The notes beneath the pieces were generated by a model. The model was not told where the DNA came from, ran no database searches, and worked only from the letters and a program-made list of their open reading frames with translations. A stretch of DNA of 46,474 bases. Source: a bacterium. Its GTDB lineage: Bacteria > Hydrothermota > 32-111. The DNA lies in NCBI GenBank assembly GCA_050239825.1, contig JBFXGO010000016.1, positions 1-46,474 on the forward strand, written 5' to 3'. Below are positions 19,422 through 34,298 of the stretch, piece by piece. A program made the position numbers and the translations under genes. Every line of letters begins with the position of its first letter. Within the stretch, counting starts at the first letter, position 1.

Positions 19422-20858
19422 ATGAAAAATTTGGCGTGTTTTGTCATTTCTCTAATCATTTTTGCGGAAATTTCCGCGGATTATGCCCTGTCAGACGAGA
19501 ATGGCAAGACAATAGAGGCAGGAGAGTATGTTTATATATGCAATACTGCAGGCCTTGACGGATTTTCCATTGATTTCAACAAACAGCTCTTTGCCGACGG
19601 CGGAATTGTAAGAGATGAAGGCAACAGGATTCTTATAGGACGGCTTAGGGATGACTTAAGAAGCGGTACAGCCGATACTCTTATTATAAATACCATTGAT
19701 GGAATGGACTATCTTGAACTGAAAATCTCCCCCATGTTTTCAGAGATTGAATTGAATGAAAGAATATCGGAGAAAGACACTCTTATTTCAGGTTTTATCT
19801 CATTTGAGAGCAGGGGAAAGACAACTCTTTCGGGCATCGATTCAGTCAAACTGATAGTAACCGGAAGCAATGAGAATGACTCAAAGGAGTTTAAGATTTA
19901 CACTGCGGAAGAGACTGAGGACAAAAGGCAGATGATAGATTTTGAACTGATGATGCATTCTGGTGAAGATGAATATGCAGTATCGGTTGCACATTACTCC
20001 CTCTCTCTAGCAGAAACCACATTCTATGCAGGAGGATTTTCAACAAAGGTGAAGGAAGAGTATCCGAAAAATCTATTGATAATAGATTCAAGAAGCAGAG
20101 TCACAACAGAAAACCTGAGCGAACTGTACTATGATAACAGATTTGAGAACATAAAGACCTTCTACGAGAAATGCGATTCCAATATCATTAAAGTGAGTGA
20201 CGACGGTATAATAGTTCTTGTGATTGTAGAAGGAGGATTTATTCTTCAAGACCTTGACCTGTTTTCAAGACTGCGAAACGAATCAAAAAGAGTGCCTCTT
20301 TTCATTTTTGCAAACAAACTGGGCGGCTACCTTTCCAATGAGGAGAACCGTGCCGCAAGAGATTATTTGGATATGCTGTTTGATGCTGATTTCTCTTCCG
20401 CCGAGGTCTCTGACATGGCAGAGTGCGAGGCGATTAAATCATTGGAGGAGACTGAAGCAGAGATTGTTTCGGCAGGCGGCAGGGACGGGCTCTCTTTCAT
20501 CAAGAAAGAGAACATTTACCTATTCCTCTATCTGCCTGAGAGGATAGATGTTGACCAGCTTTATGCCTTGAAGAAGAACTGGTGTCAGAGCGCAGTGAAG
20601 GAGAAGATGAAAACACTCTCCTCTGTTGTTGATATCGAATATATGGGGTATGGAGAGTATTCAGTGGAGATATTTGATGTCAAAGGAGCGCATCTCTTCA
20701 CGCAGAATGTGGGAGAGCTGCCGGCGACAACAAAGAGTCTGGATATGGCGAAGTTTTTGAAGGAGAAGAACTTAGACGACACGGGAGTATATACTTATAA
20801 GGTAATAAAAGATGATGAAGAGATAAAATGCGGAAAATTTTATTATATTTATTACTGA
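19422..20858 (+). CDS. Secreted hypothetical protein with T9SS-like C-terminal domain
   Basis: Signal-peptide-like N-terminus; C-terminus VEIFDVKG...GVYTYKVI...GKFYYIYY. Confidence 0.6.
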   Translation: MKNLACFVISLIIFAEISADYALSDENGKTIEAGEYVYICNTAGLDGFSIDFNKQLFADGGIVRDEGNRILIGRLRDDLRSGTADTLIINTIDGMDYLELKISPMFSEIELNERISEKDTLISGFISFESRGKTTLSGIDSVKLIVTGSNENDSKEFKIYTAEETEDKRQMIDFELMMHSGEDEYAVSVAHYSLSLAETTFYAGGFSTKVKEEYPKNLLIIDSRSRVTTENLSELYYDNRFENIKTFYEKCDSNIIKVSDDGIIVLVIVEGGFILQDLDLFSRLRNESKRVPLFIFANKLGGYLSNEENRAARDYLDMLFDADFSSAEVSDMAECEAIKSLEETEAEIVSAGGRDGLSFIKKENIYLFLYLPERIDVDQLYALKKNWCQSAVKEKMKTLSSVVDIEYMGYGEYSVEIFDVKGAHLFTQNVGELPATTKSLDMAKFLKEKNLDDTGVYTYKVIKDDEEIKCGKFYYIYY

Positions 20859-23800
20859 CAACGATTTTTGTTTTGTCGTTTTCCGACGAGATAACAATCA
20901 ATCTGCTTGGATATGAAGAGGGTGAATTTGAATACATGCTCACTCCGGTTCTTGATTCGGATTCAAAGAACAATCTGCCTTTTCTGCTGTTTTCATTCGA
21001 CAAAAATCTTTCAAATGTTCATATAGATTCTTTTTTATTTTTAAACGAAGGCAGAACCGATGATTTTAAGCTTGAAAGTTTTGAGGGAAACATACCCCTC
21101 TCTCTTCCGGCTCCGGCATTGAAAAAAAACGAACCCGCGCTGTTTTCGGAAAAAATTCTTTTTCAGGATGATGCGCGGAGCTTGAGAGTGCATCCATTCA
21201 GATACAATGGAAAATATTTGACTTTTTTCAGGAAAGTGAAAATATTCTATACAGCCTATCCTAATCAGGGTGTGAAGAACTCTCCGGTCTATGATTATCT
21301 TATTGTCTGCCACGCCGATTATGACACGGCATTTGAGAGGCTGAAGATGTGGAAGGAACAACGAGGATTGAAAACACGGATAATAACAACGGATTCAATA
21401 TTCACATACTCAACCGGGCGCGATTCTGCCGAGAAATTAAGGAATTTTATCAAAAATGAATACACACTCTATGGGTTCAAATATCTTCTGTTGGGAGGAG
21501 ACAGAGCCACAATTCCAGTAAGAAGAATGTTTGCAATGGACTGCAATGCAGAGTATTATGCTGATGAGGATTCAATACCGGCAGACATATACTATTCCAA
21601 TCTGGACAAAGATTTTGACTTTGACAATGACGGAATCTTCGGAGAGGTTGAAGACTCTTCGGATTTGACTCAGGAAATTCTTGCAGGGAGAATTCTGTTT
21701 GACACAATATACTACGGACCCTCTCCTATAATAACGAGAATAATAGATTATGAAAAGACAAAAAATATAGAGCAGCTGAACAGGGGAATCTTCATGGGCA
21801 TGATTCTCTGGAATCCTCCCTTTACTTCCGGCGGGGAGGCAAAGGAGATGATATTCAATGACATCATCCCGCCATCCTTCCATGTTTTGAAATTTTATGA
21901 ACATCTGGGGCATTCCGGAAAACTTGACATACTGGATTCTCTGGATATGGGTTATGGAATAGTCAACCACAATGGGCACGGCTCTTTCAAGGGAATCTGG
22001 GTCGACACCCTGACGAGTTTGTCAAGGGGCGACATGACGGGTCTGACAAACGATTCAAAGACAGGGCTCTTCTACTCTATAGGATGCTGGGTCGGAGCAT
22101 TTGACAGGGACAATACAACATACAATCTCCATTCAATAACTCAGAATATGCAGAATTCTCCGACAGGAGGATATATATCCATAATAACAAACTCAAGGTA
22201 TGGATGGGGAGCTCCCGGATATCCCGGCTACGGTGTTTCGGATGTTCTTGATTACAGATTCTTCGAGATGCTCTTCTCCGATTCCGTCAAGGAGCCGGCT
22301 TATATTCTTAAAAAACTGAAAGAGGAGTATGCGCCGTTATCCTCGGAAGAGAATCTTTACAGATGGCATCAGTATCAGTTGAATTACTTCGGCGACCCTT
22401 CGACATCTATATACACCGGTTCACCGGATTCGCTCTTTATATCCTACAGAAAATATGATTCAGAACTCTATATTTACGCTTCTTATAAGACAGGCGCTCC
22501 GGCAGGAAACATGAATGTCTGCATATTTAAAGATACCATAATATCAAGAGGCGCAACGGATGCGAACGGACTCTTCATAGGCAGTATCAGCGGACTCGAC
22601 GATTCAATTGTCTGCGTTACAGTGACAGGAACAATGGCGACAACTTTCATCGACTCTCTCAATTTAGCTTCATACGGAAAAGATTCTGTGATTATATTTT
22701 GCGACACTCTTTACTCTGGGGCAAAAAACAATATCCGGATAGTAAATCCTTCATCTGCGTCATTAAGCATACTTGTTAAATCATCATTTATAGATACAAC
22801 AGTAACCGCCGAAGCAGGAGAGACTCTTAACTTGAATTACTCGCCTGTATTTTCAAAAGAAAATGTTGACATCCTGACATTCAGAATCAATGAGACAATG
22901 GAGACAGAGACCGTTTATGCGAAGGTGCTGATGTCAGTTATCTCCTTTGATTCTCTTAGGTTTGACAATACTCTTTTTAAAACTTCATTGAAAAGCAATC
23001 ATGACAAAATTATAAACAACATGAATCTCAGAGTTCTTGTTTACGGAACAGACACAATCCTAGACACTCTTCTGACAGGCGATTTCTTGAGCAGAGAGAA
23101 TTTCTCTGAAGCCACAGGAATACCTCCCGGTCTTGATTACATAACAGCGGAGGCGATTCTTTCAAAAGATGATACCCTGCTCTGCAGGATAAAGAGCTAT
23201 ATGAACAACGGCGAGTACTCATTTTTGGATGATTTTAATGCGGATTTGTCTAAATGGGAATACTCAACATCCTATTGGAATATAAATACAAATGAACAAC
23301 TGTATGCCGGAGAGGAAAGCGGTTATCTGAACTATATGAATGACACGCTGGTATCAAAGGATTTTTTCATATATCCGGGTTCCGTCTGCTCCCTCTATGT
23401 TGACGCATACCTTCCATCTCTTGAATTCATAGGCACTGAGCCGGTCTTTGATCTTGACGGACTATTCATCAGGATGATAAACAATGAAAACGATACTGCC
23501 ACTTTGGATTTTATCAGTTCGGGAGGAGCTCTTAAATCAATTCAGTCAATGCAGATAAAGGGTTGGCGCGAATACTTCTTTAAGAATGAATCTCCTGTTT
23601 CATCAAAAATATTTTTGAATTTCATCTCCGACAGCGTCATTACTGATTCAGGCATATATATAAGCTGTATAAAAGTTCATCCGCCATTCTACTATGCAGA
23701 ATCCACTTCAATAACCCGCGACGATAAAAATGTAATAGGAAGGGATAATGTGAAGTATTCACTGACAGGACTCCTTGGCAAGGTGACTGCCGAGATAATA

Positions 23801-23950
23801 ACTATTGACGGCAGAGTGATAAGAAGGTATAACTTTAATGACGCGGCGAGCGCTGTCATCTCTTTCGAGGGTGTGCCGAGCGGCGTCTATTTTGTAGTAT
23901 TTCGCGCAGGAAAAGCTAAATTCAAAGATAAACTGATAATACTGAAATAA
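20828..23950 (+). CDS. Gingipain-like C25 family cysteine peptidase with T9SS-like C-terminal domain
   Basis: YLLLGGD, ADIYYSNLD, GR, NHNGHG (catalytic His), YSIGCW (catalytic Cys), YFGDP; tail SGVYFV...KDKLIILK. Confidence 0.9.
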   Translation: MRKILLYLLLTTIFVLSFSDEITINLLGYEEGEFEYMLTPVLDSDSKNNLPFLLFSFDKNLSNVHIDSFLFLNEGRTDDFKLESFEGNIPLSLPAPALKKNEPALFSEKILFQDDARSLRVHPFRYNGKYLTFFRKVKIFYTAYPNQGVKNSPVYDYLIVCHADYDTAFERLKMWKEQRGLKTRIITTDSIFTYSTGRDSAEKLRNFIKNEYTLYGFKYLLLGGDRATIPVRRMFAMDCNAEYYADEDSIPADIYYSNLDKDFDFDNDGIFGEVEDSSDLTQEILAGRILFDTIYYGPSPIITRIIDYEKTKNIEQLNRGIFMGMILWNPPFTSGGEAKEMIFNDIIPPSFHVLKFYEHLGHSGKLDILDSLDMGYGIVNHNGHGSFKGIWVDTLTSLSRGDMTGLTNDSKTGLFYSIGCWVGAFDRDNTTYNLHSITQNMQNSPTGGYISIITNSRYGWGAPGYPGYGVSDVLDYRFFEMLFSDSVKEPAYILKKLKEEYAPLSSEENLYRWHQYQLNYFGDPSTSIYTGSPDSLFISYRKYDSELYIYASYKTGAPAGNMNVCIFKDTIISRGATDANGLFIGSISGLDDSIVCVTVTGTMATTFIDSLNLASYGKDSVIIFCDTLYSGAKNNIRIVNPSSASLSILVKSSFIDTTVTAEAGETLNLNYSPVFSKENVDILTFRINETMETETVYAKVLMSVISFDSLRFDNTLFKTSLKSNHDKIINNMNLRVLVYGTDTILDTLLTGDFLSRENFSEATGIPPGLDYITAEAILSKDDTLLCRIKSYMNNGEYSFLDDFNADLSKWEYSTSYWNINTNEQLYAGEESGYLNYMNDTLVSKDFFIYPGSVCSLYVDAYLPSLEFIGTEPVFDLDGLFIRMINNENDTATLDFISSGGALKSIQSMQIKGWREYFFKNESPVSSKIFLNFISDSVITDSGIYISCIKVHPPFYYAESTSITRDDKNVIGRDNVKYSLTGLLGKVTAEIITIDGRVIRRYNFNDAASAVISFEGVPSGVYFVVFRAGKAKFKDKLIILK

Positions 23951-23951
23951 A

Positions 23952-24569
23952 ATGAAAGAAAAACTAAAAAACTATTTTTTGTCAGGACTGATTGCCGTGG
24001 TTCCGATATCCGTGACCTTTTTTCTGATATTCTTTCTTGTTCAGCAGTTGGGCGGACTCTGGGATTTTGTCTTCAAGTTTATTCCTGTGGTAAAGGATTT
24101 CCCCGATCCCCTTCTGAGTATTATAGGCATAATACTGTTTCTGGTGATAATACTGCTTCTGGGATATGTTATTCAGCATTACCTCGGCAGGTCTCTTATG
24201 AAAAAATTTGAAAAACTCTTCATGTCGATACCTATTGTAAAGAACATATACTCTCCCGCAAGAGAGATAACAAATACTCTCCTGCAGAACAAAACATCAT
24301 TTCAGAAGGTTGTTTTCATAGAGTATCTGCACAAGAATCAGTACACTATGGCATTTGTCACAAATGACCGTTTGTGGAAGATAAATTCAAAAAAAGCGAC
24401 AGCCCTTTTCCTGCCGACAGCGCCTAACCCGACAAGCGGCTTCTTTGTAGTTGTGCCTAATGATGAAATAATAGAGACGGAAATGTCGATTGAAGAGGCA
24501 TTGAAAATAATAGTTTCAAGCGGAATGATAAACACAAGAGAGGTTCAGATAAATGATAGAGAAGATTAA
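23952..24569 (+). CDS. DUF502 family membrane protein
   Basis: FLSGLIAVVPISVT, IPIVKNIY, FLPTAPNPTSGF, MSIEEALKIIVSSG. Confidence 0.92.
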   Translation: MKEKLKNYFLSGLIAVVPISVTFFLIFFLVQQLGGLWDFVFKFIPVVKDFPDPLLSIIGIILFLVIILLLGYVIQHYLGRSLMKKFEKLFMSIPIVKNIYSPAREITNTLLQNKTSFQKVVFIEYLHKNQYTMAFVTNDRLWKINSKKATALFLPTAPNPTSGFFVVVPNDEIIETEMSIEEALKIIVSSGMINTREVQINDRED

Positions 24570-25374
24570 GCAGTTCATAAAGGGTTTGTCAAAGAAGGAC
24601 TTTAACTCAAAAGAGGCCTTCCTCAAGGAGATGATGGAGGATACTGACGACACAAGCATAATATCGGAAGATGAAAAAGACCTCGTGGAATCTATATTCG
24701 AGCTGGAGGATACATCCATATCCGAGATAATGATACCGAGGGTTGATATTCATACCGTATCGTACGATGCGACCATTGGGGATGTCATTGAGCTTATAAA
24801 CAAAACCGGAAAATCAAGGATACTCGTCTATCAAAACAAGGTTGACAATATAGCGGGAATAATTTATGCGAAGGACATACTCAGATTTTTTGATTATGAG
24901 GGAGACATGAGAGCGATAGAGATTATTAGGCCCCCCTACTTTGTCCCGGAAACAAAATCAGTTCTCTCATCTCTCAGGGAATTTCAAAAAAACAGGATTT
25001 CAATAGCAGTTGTTATAGACGAATACGGCGGAGTCGCCGGTTTGGTTACAATGGAAGATATCATTGAAGAGATAGTCGGCGAACTTCAGGATGAACTGGA
25101 CAAGGAGGAGGTCGATTACAAGCAGGTCTCAGAGAATACTTACCTTGTCAACGGGAGAATGAATCTTGATGATTTTAATGAAACCCTTCTTACATCCTTT
25201 GAAAGCGAGGATGTCAATACAATCGGAGGATATGTCATTTCAAAGCTTGAACATCTGCCGAGAAGAAATGAGGTGATAAACATTGATATGCTTGAAGTGA
25301 AAATACTTGAGATTCATAAGCACCGAATAAACAGGCTTCTTGTAAAGGACACAAGAAAGGAAAAGAAATCTTGA
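24553..25374 (+). CDS. CorC/HlyC family CBS-domain protein
   Basis: EIMIPRVDI, SRILVY, FVPETK, VIDEYGGVAGLVTMEDIIEEIVGE, C-terminal CorC domain (TIGGY). Confidence 0.92.
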   Translation: MIEKIKQFIKGLSKKDFNSKEAFLKEMMEDTDDTSIISEDEKDLVESIFELEDTSISEIMIPRVDIHTVSYDATIGDVIELINKTGKSRILVYQNKVDNIAGIIYAKDILRFFDYEGDMRAIEIIRPPYFVPETKSVLSSLREFQKNRISIAVVIDEYGGVAGLVTMEDIIEEIVGELQDELDKEEVDYKQVSENTYLVNGRMNLDDFNETLLTSFESEDVNTIGGYVISKLEHLPRRNEVINIDMLEVKILEIHKHRINRLLVKDTRKEKKS

Positions 25375-28300
25375 AGGATTTCGCGCATCTTCATCTTCAC
25401 ACCGAATACTCTCTTCTTGACGGCGCGGTGAGTTTAGACAAGCTTATTCCGAGGGCGAAAGAACTTGACATGAACTATCTGGCAATAACAGACCATGGAA
25501 ATCTTTTCGGAGTCATTGAATTTTACGAAAGATGCATTAAGGCAGGTATAAAACCAATAATCGGCCAGGAATTCTACATTGTTAATTCTCTGGAGAATGA
25601 TAAAAACGGACGGCAGGAGGGTTACAACCATCTTCTTCTTTTGGCGGAGAATGAAACAGGGTACAGGAATTTGATGAAACTCTCCTCTTTCGGCTACACG
25701 AAGGGATTGAAGTTCAGACCAAGGATTGACAAAGCTCTTCTTAGAAGCCATTCGAAGGGTATAATAGGGCTTTCAGCGTGCAGAAAGGGAGAGGTTCAAC
25801 AGAAGATTCTGGACGGAACCTATGAAGATGCAAAGAAGAGCGCAGAGGAGCTTTTGAATATTTTCGGAGAAAACAATTTCTTCCTTGAACTGATGAGAAT
25901 AGGTATGAATGATGACGAGAGGATAATTGAAGGGCAGTTGAAGATTTCCGAAGAATTAAAGATAGGATGCGTAGCGACAAATGATGTCCACTATCTTCTG
26001 AAAGAGGACAGCGAAATGCAGGATGTACTGCTGTGCCTTCAGACAGGACACACATTGAATGATGAAAAGAGACTGAGATTTTCTTCAAAAGAGTTTTATC
26101 TGAAATCAAAAGAAGAGATGATAAAGCTCTTTGAAGATGTGCCTGATGCAATTGATAATACGAAAAAGATAGCCGACAGGTGCAATCTGAAGATACAGGT
26201 TGAAGAGAAAAACTTTAAAATGCCGAAGGTTTCAATTCCTGAAAAATATGCGGATGAGGTCTCATACCTTGAAGAGGTGATAAGCGAAGGACTGAAAAAG
26301 CATTTTGGAGAGAATCCTCCGAAAGATGTTTTGGATAGAATTGAATTTGAGCTTTCTGTGGTAAAAAAGATGAACTATGCGGGTTACTTTATCATAATCT
26401 ACAATCTTGTTCAAACTGCAGTTGAAAACAACATACCGGTCGGTCCGGGAAGAGGCTCTGCTCCCGGCTCCCTCATACTCTATCTACTTGGAGTGACAAA
26501 GGTTAATCCTCTCGAATACGGACTCTTCTTTGAAAGGTTTTTAAATCCTGACAGGGTCTCTATGCCTGATGTTGATATAGATATTTCCAACAAAGATAGG
26601 GACAGACTCATTAAGCTTCTCATAGACCAGTATGGCGCTGAAAATGTTGCGCAGATAGCGGCATTCAACAATCTTAAATCAAGACAGGTTTTTACCGATG
26701 TGGCAAGAGTGTTCTCTCTCCCGGCATCCGATGTCAAACAGATAACCAAAAAGCTTCCCGCAACGGAATCTTTGTCTGCAGGAAAGGATACAATAACTAA
26801 TTGGAATGAACTCACGATGAACAATCCTGTTTATGAGAAAGTCTTGAATATCGCGATGGCTCTTGAACAAAACAAGAGGCATGTGTCAAAACATGCGGCG
26901 GGCATTGTTATAACTCCCGGACCATTAACCGACTATGTGCCGGTCTGGAAGGCGAATGAAGCAGACAACAATGTGATAACGCAGTTCGAAAAAAACTGCA
27001 TTGAGAAGATAGGTCTCGTAAAAATAGATGTGCTCGGACTCACTACTCTCTCGGCAATGGCTGAGGCTGTGGAGCAGATACGGGAGAAGGGGGAGACAAT
27101 CGAAATTGAAAATCTTCCTCTTGACGACGAAAAAACCTATGCACTTCTGCAGAGCGCCCAGACAGCCGGAGTCTTTCAGCTTGAAAGTTCGGGCATGAAG
27201 GACCTTCTCAGAAGGTATAAACCAAACCAGTTTAAGGACATCATAAACATAATAGCTTTCTACAGACCGGGGCCTATGGGAGCTGAACAGAAAGAGTCCA
27301 TTATAAAAAGAAGGCACAAGCTGGAAGAGACTACATATATGCACAGAAAGCTTGAACCGATACTGAAAGACACCTACGGACATATAATCTATCAGGAACA
27401 GGTAATGCAGATAGCAAATGTGATAGGCGGATTCAAGGTTTCCGAGGCAGACACTCTGAGGAAGGCGATGAGCAAGAAGAATGAGCAGATAATGGATAAG
27501 TATCAGCCGAAATTCATCGAGGGCGCCCTGAAAGAGGGAATGAAGAATGAAGAGGCATATGAGCTTTATGACAAAATAGCCCAGTTCGCCGGTTACGGAT
27601 TCAACAAATCCCACGCCACCGCATACGCTATGCTTTCATATTATACCGCATACCTTAAAGCCCACTATCCGCTTGAGTTTATGAGCGCCATAATAAATGC
27701 CTACATAGGCAACATAAAGGATATTGTTTTGTTCATTGAAGAAGCCAAGAACATGAACATTCCGATTCTTCCCCCAGATGTCAACAAGTCTGATTTCAAA
27801 GTCAAGGTGGAGGGAGATTCTCTGCGGCTCGGACTCGGAGTCATAAAGAATGTTGGAGAAAATGCGGTGAAGGAGATAATCAACAACAGAAGACAGGCAC
27901 TCTTTTTGAATCCCTATGACTTCATGCTGCATAGTGTGTCCGGGGCTGTAAACAAAAAATGCATAGAGTCTCTTGTGAAAGCTGGAGCATTTGAATCTCT
28001 CGGCACTCCGAGGGATATTCTCTTTGAGAATCTTGAAACCCTAATGCAGACCGCCCAGTCAAAGAGCAGGGAGAATGAAAACGGAATGATGAATCTCTTC
28101 GGAGAGACAGATTCTGAGGAGTGGAAGAATCTGCTCATCTCGGCAAAAAGATGGGACAAGGAGACTCTTTTGAACAATGAAAGGGATGTCCTTGAGTTTT
28201 ATCTTTCGGGTCACCCTCTTGAAAAAGAGAAGGAGTTGTACGGGTCGGTGATGTCAATGACACTTGAGCAGATATTTGACCTTCCGACGGATTCGCCAGT

Positions 28301-28796
28301 TACCGTTGTGGGAATAATAACCGCTGTTTCCAAGAAGAAGGCAAAGAGCGGAAAGATGTATGCCAATTTCAAGCTCTTTACTCTTGAAGGAGATATCGAA
28401 ATAATGGTCTTCAATAAAACATACGATGAACACATAAAAATAATAGAGACCGACGCTGTGGTTGTCGTCAACGGGAAAATATCAAAATCAGACAAGGATA
28501 CAGTCAACAAGATTTTCGCAGACAGCATACTTCTTCTGCAGCAGGTAAAGGAAAAAATAGAGGGCATAGAAATTTCAATTCTTCTTGAAGATATCAATGA
28601 GGAGTCGATGTCCATGCTTAGCAGTCTGCTTGAATCTCAGAACGGTACAAACTCGCTTTATTTCAAGCTTAAGAGGGAAGACGACACGATAAAAATCAAA
28701 TCAACGAAGTACAGAATACCTGCAAATAATGAAATTTTCAGAAGAATTCAAGAGATATTCGGGCAGGAAAATGTCAAATACACTTTCAGGAGGTAG
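25371..28796 (+). CDS. dnaE: DNA polymerase III alpha subunit
   Basis: PHP HLHLHTEYSLLDG / TDHGN, GPGRGSA, FERFLNPDRVSMPDVDID, YGFNKSHA, OB fold; no intein-sized insertion. Confidence 0.98.
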   Translation: MKDFAHLHLHTEYSLLDGAVSLDKLIPRAKELDMNYLAITDHGNLFGVIEFYERCIKAGIKPIIGQEFYIVNSLENDKNGRQEGYNHLLLLAENETGYRNLMKLSSFGYTKGLKFRPRIDKALLRSHSKGIIGLSACRKGEVQQKILDGTYEDAKKSAEELLNIFGENNFFLELMRIGMNDDERIIEGQLKISEELKIGCVATNDVHYLLKEDSEMQDVLLCLQTGHTLNDEKRLRFSSKEFYLKSKEEMIKLFEDVPDAIDNTKKIADRCNLKIQVEEKNFKMPKVSIPEKYADEVSYLEEVISEGLKKHFGENPPKDVLDRIEFELSVVKKMNYAGYFIIIYNLVQTAVENNIPVGPGRGSAPGSLILYLLGVTKVNPLEYGLFFERFLNPDRVSMPDVDIDISNKDRDRLIKLLIDQYGAENVAQIAAFNNLKSRQVFTDVARVFSLPASDVKQITKKLPATESLSAGKDTITNWNELTMNNPVYEKVLNIAMALEQNKRHVSKHAAGIVITPGPLTDYVPVWKANEADNNVITQFEKNCIEKIGLVKIDVLGLTTLSAMAEAVEQIREKGETIEIENLPLDDEKTYALLQSAQTAGVFQLESSGMKDLLRRYKPNQFKDIINIIAFYRPGPMGAEQKESIIKRRHKLEETTYMHRKLEPILKDTYGHIIYQEQVMQIANVIGGFKVSEADTLRKAMSKKNEQIMDKYQPKFIEGALKEGMKNEEAYELYDKIAQFAGYGFNKSHATAYAMLSYYTAYLKAHYPLEFMSAIINAYIGNIKDIVLFIEEAKNMNIPILPPDVNKSDFKVKVEGDSLRLGLGVIKNVGENAVKEIINNRRQALFLNPYDFMLHSVSGAVNKKCIESLVKAGAFESLGTPRDILFENLETLMQTAQSKSRENENGMMNLFGETDSEEWKNLLISAKRWDKETLLNNERDVLEFYLSGHPLEKEKELYGSVMSMTLEQIFDLPTDSPVTVVGIITAVSKKKAKSGKMYANFKLFTLEGDIEIMVFNKTYDEHIKIIETDAVVVVNGKISKSDKDTVNKIFADSILLLQQVKEKIEGIEISILLEDINEESMSMLSSLLESQNGTNSLYFKLKREDDTIKIKSTKYRIPANNEIFRRIQEIFGQENVKYTFRR

Positions 28797-28798
28797 GT

Positions 28799-32235
<3,437 letters not shown>

Positions 32236-32239
<4 letters not shown>

Positions 32240-33543
32240 AATCAATAGTGGCTGGACTTGGCAGAGTCGTCTATTCATTGATTATTCTTCTCCTGTCGGT
32301 TATTGCATCAAGAATCCTTACAGTGGAGTGGTACGCATTCTTCAAGGAATTCTTCATGTATTTTCTCATAGGAATAACTGTTTCGGGCATACCTGCAACA
32401 AATTCAATCTTTTATTTTACCAAGCGGGATGTTTCATCATATATCAAAACACTCTTAATATCATTCATTTCTCTCATTCTGGTATTTTTAGCGCTACTCA
32501 TTTTCAGAAGGTCAAGCGCTGTTTTTCCGGCGTTTATACTTTCAGTATCATCCACACTGTTCCTCTCTCTTGAGGCTGTCCTTCTTTCAAAGCAGATGAT
32601 GAGGAGAGTCTTTACCCTTAACATACTTGAAGCTTTTTCCGTTTTGATGCCGATTTTCCTTGTTTTACAAAACAGGGAGAGGCCTGATTTGTTTTTTACA
32701 GCCATTGTTGTGATTTCATTATTCAAGGTATTGCTTTATTTTGTGTTTCTCTCTCTCGCGCTTAAAAAGGACAGAGAGAAGTATGATTTCAAAAAGATAT
32801 TTTCTTATTCGTTTCCTCTCTATTTAAATGGTTTATTCGGAGCATTCTCCAGACAGACGGACAAGTACATTGTTTCCCTTTTATGTTCTCCGGGAAAATT
32901 TGCCGAGTATTCCACAGGAGCGTTTGAAGTTCCTCTCGTATCAAGATTCTTCGGCGGAGTTTTTCATGAGAGAGGAGAGAGTATAAGGCATCTGATACTA
33001 TCAGGTGAGAATGAAAGGGTTAAAACAATGCTTTCGGATATCTTCAGAAAATCATTTCCGATTTTATCTCTGCTTACTCTCTTTTTATTCATTAATGCGG
33101 AATTTATCATGAATCTTTTATTCACTTCAGAATATTCAAATGCGTATAGGTATTTCATAATCTATCTGACAGTTCTTCCCCTCAGGGTCTTTCCGTTCGG
33201 ATTTCTTCTTTCACTCAAGGGAGAGACAAAGCGTCTATTTGCCGTCTCTCTTCTTGATGCGGGTTTGACACTTCTACTCTCTTTTGTTTTTCTTAAAATT
33301 TTCGGCACAACAGGTCCCGCTTTCGCATTTGTATTCTCCACAATGTTTTCAGTTGTTCTTCTCATAGGGTTTATGAGGGATATATTTCCTGTTGCATCCT
33401 TTGTATTAAGGTACTCATCCCTTATCTTTTTTATTTTAGCGTCATTTATATTCTCTTATGTTTTGAAAAAGCCGCTTCAGGCAAATATAATAATCCTGGC
33501 ATTTCTGGGTATGGAGCTTATGGAAAGGAGATTGAAGAAATGA
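32236..33543 (+). CDS. Oligosaccharide flippase (Wzx/MOP superfamily)
   Basis: About 12 hydrophobic helices, FSYSFPL...TDKYIV, AEYSTGAFEVP, FGTTGPAFA. Confidence 0.8.
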
Positions 33544-34298
33544 AAGTGACAATACTCGGGTCAGGCACATCAACAGGAGTGCCTGTAATAGGATGCAAAT
33601 GCAGTGTCTGCTCCTCGGATGATTTAAAAGACAAAAGGACCCGCCCCGGAGTGCTTCTTAGCAAGGATAGATTCAATATACTGATTGATGCTTCGCAGGA
33701 GCTTAGACTGCAGCTGATAAACAGAACAGACAAAATAGATGCAATAATTATTACCCATGCGCATGCAGACCATATATTCGGACTTGATGACACAAGGGTG
33801 ATATCAATGAGATACAGCAAAGAGATGCCGATATATTGTTCGCAGGAGACCAAGAGAGAGATAATGAATATCTACTCGTATGTTTTCAGGGAGACTCAGG
33901 AGGGCGGAGGCAAACCGAAATTTGTTTTTCATGATATAGAAAATATAAATAATCTTGGTCCGTTCAAAGTGAAATCATTCAAGGTCTATCATGGAAAGAT
34001 GAAGATTGACGCATTCATAATAGATAAACTCGCAGTAGTGATGGATGCCTCTTACATTGGGAGAGAGGAGAGAGAGCTTATAAAGGATAATGCTGAGAGT
34101 ATAATAATCAACGGACTGAGGATGAGGCCTCACACAACTCATTTTTCAATATCCGAATCAGCATGCCTTATAAGAGCCCTCGGAATGAAGAGGGGATATA
34201 TACTGCATCTTTCGCATGACCTAAAACAAGAGGATCTCGAAAAAATTCTTCCCGAAAAAGTTTTTGCGGGATATGACGGAATGGAATTTGACGCATGA
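33540..34298 (+). CDS. MBL-fold metallo-hydrolase (PhnP-like)
   Basis: LGSGTSTGVPVIGCKCSVC, THAHADHIFGLDD, HLSH, GYDG. Confidence 0.92.
   Translation: MKVTILGSGTSTGVPVIGCKCSVCSSDDLKDKRTRPGVLLSKDRFNILIDASQELRLQLINRTDKIDAIIITHAHADHIFGLDDTRVISMRYSKEMPIYCSQETKREIMNIYSYVFRETQEGGGKPKFVFHDIENINNLGPFKVKSFKVYHGKMKIDAFIIDKLAVVMDASYIGREERELIKDNAESIIINGLRMRPHTTHFSISESACLIRALGMKRGYILHLSHDLKQEDLEKILPEKVFAGYDGMEFDA

Noticed and set aside
26925..27614. 229-aa minus-strand ORF and other short ORFs inside dnaE, uvrB, A2M and the glycosyltransferases
   Set aside because: Antisense or alternate-frame shadows of conserved genes.
25371..28796. Intein in dnaE
   Set aside because: The length (1141 aa) is normal and the conserved motifs are contiguous.
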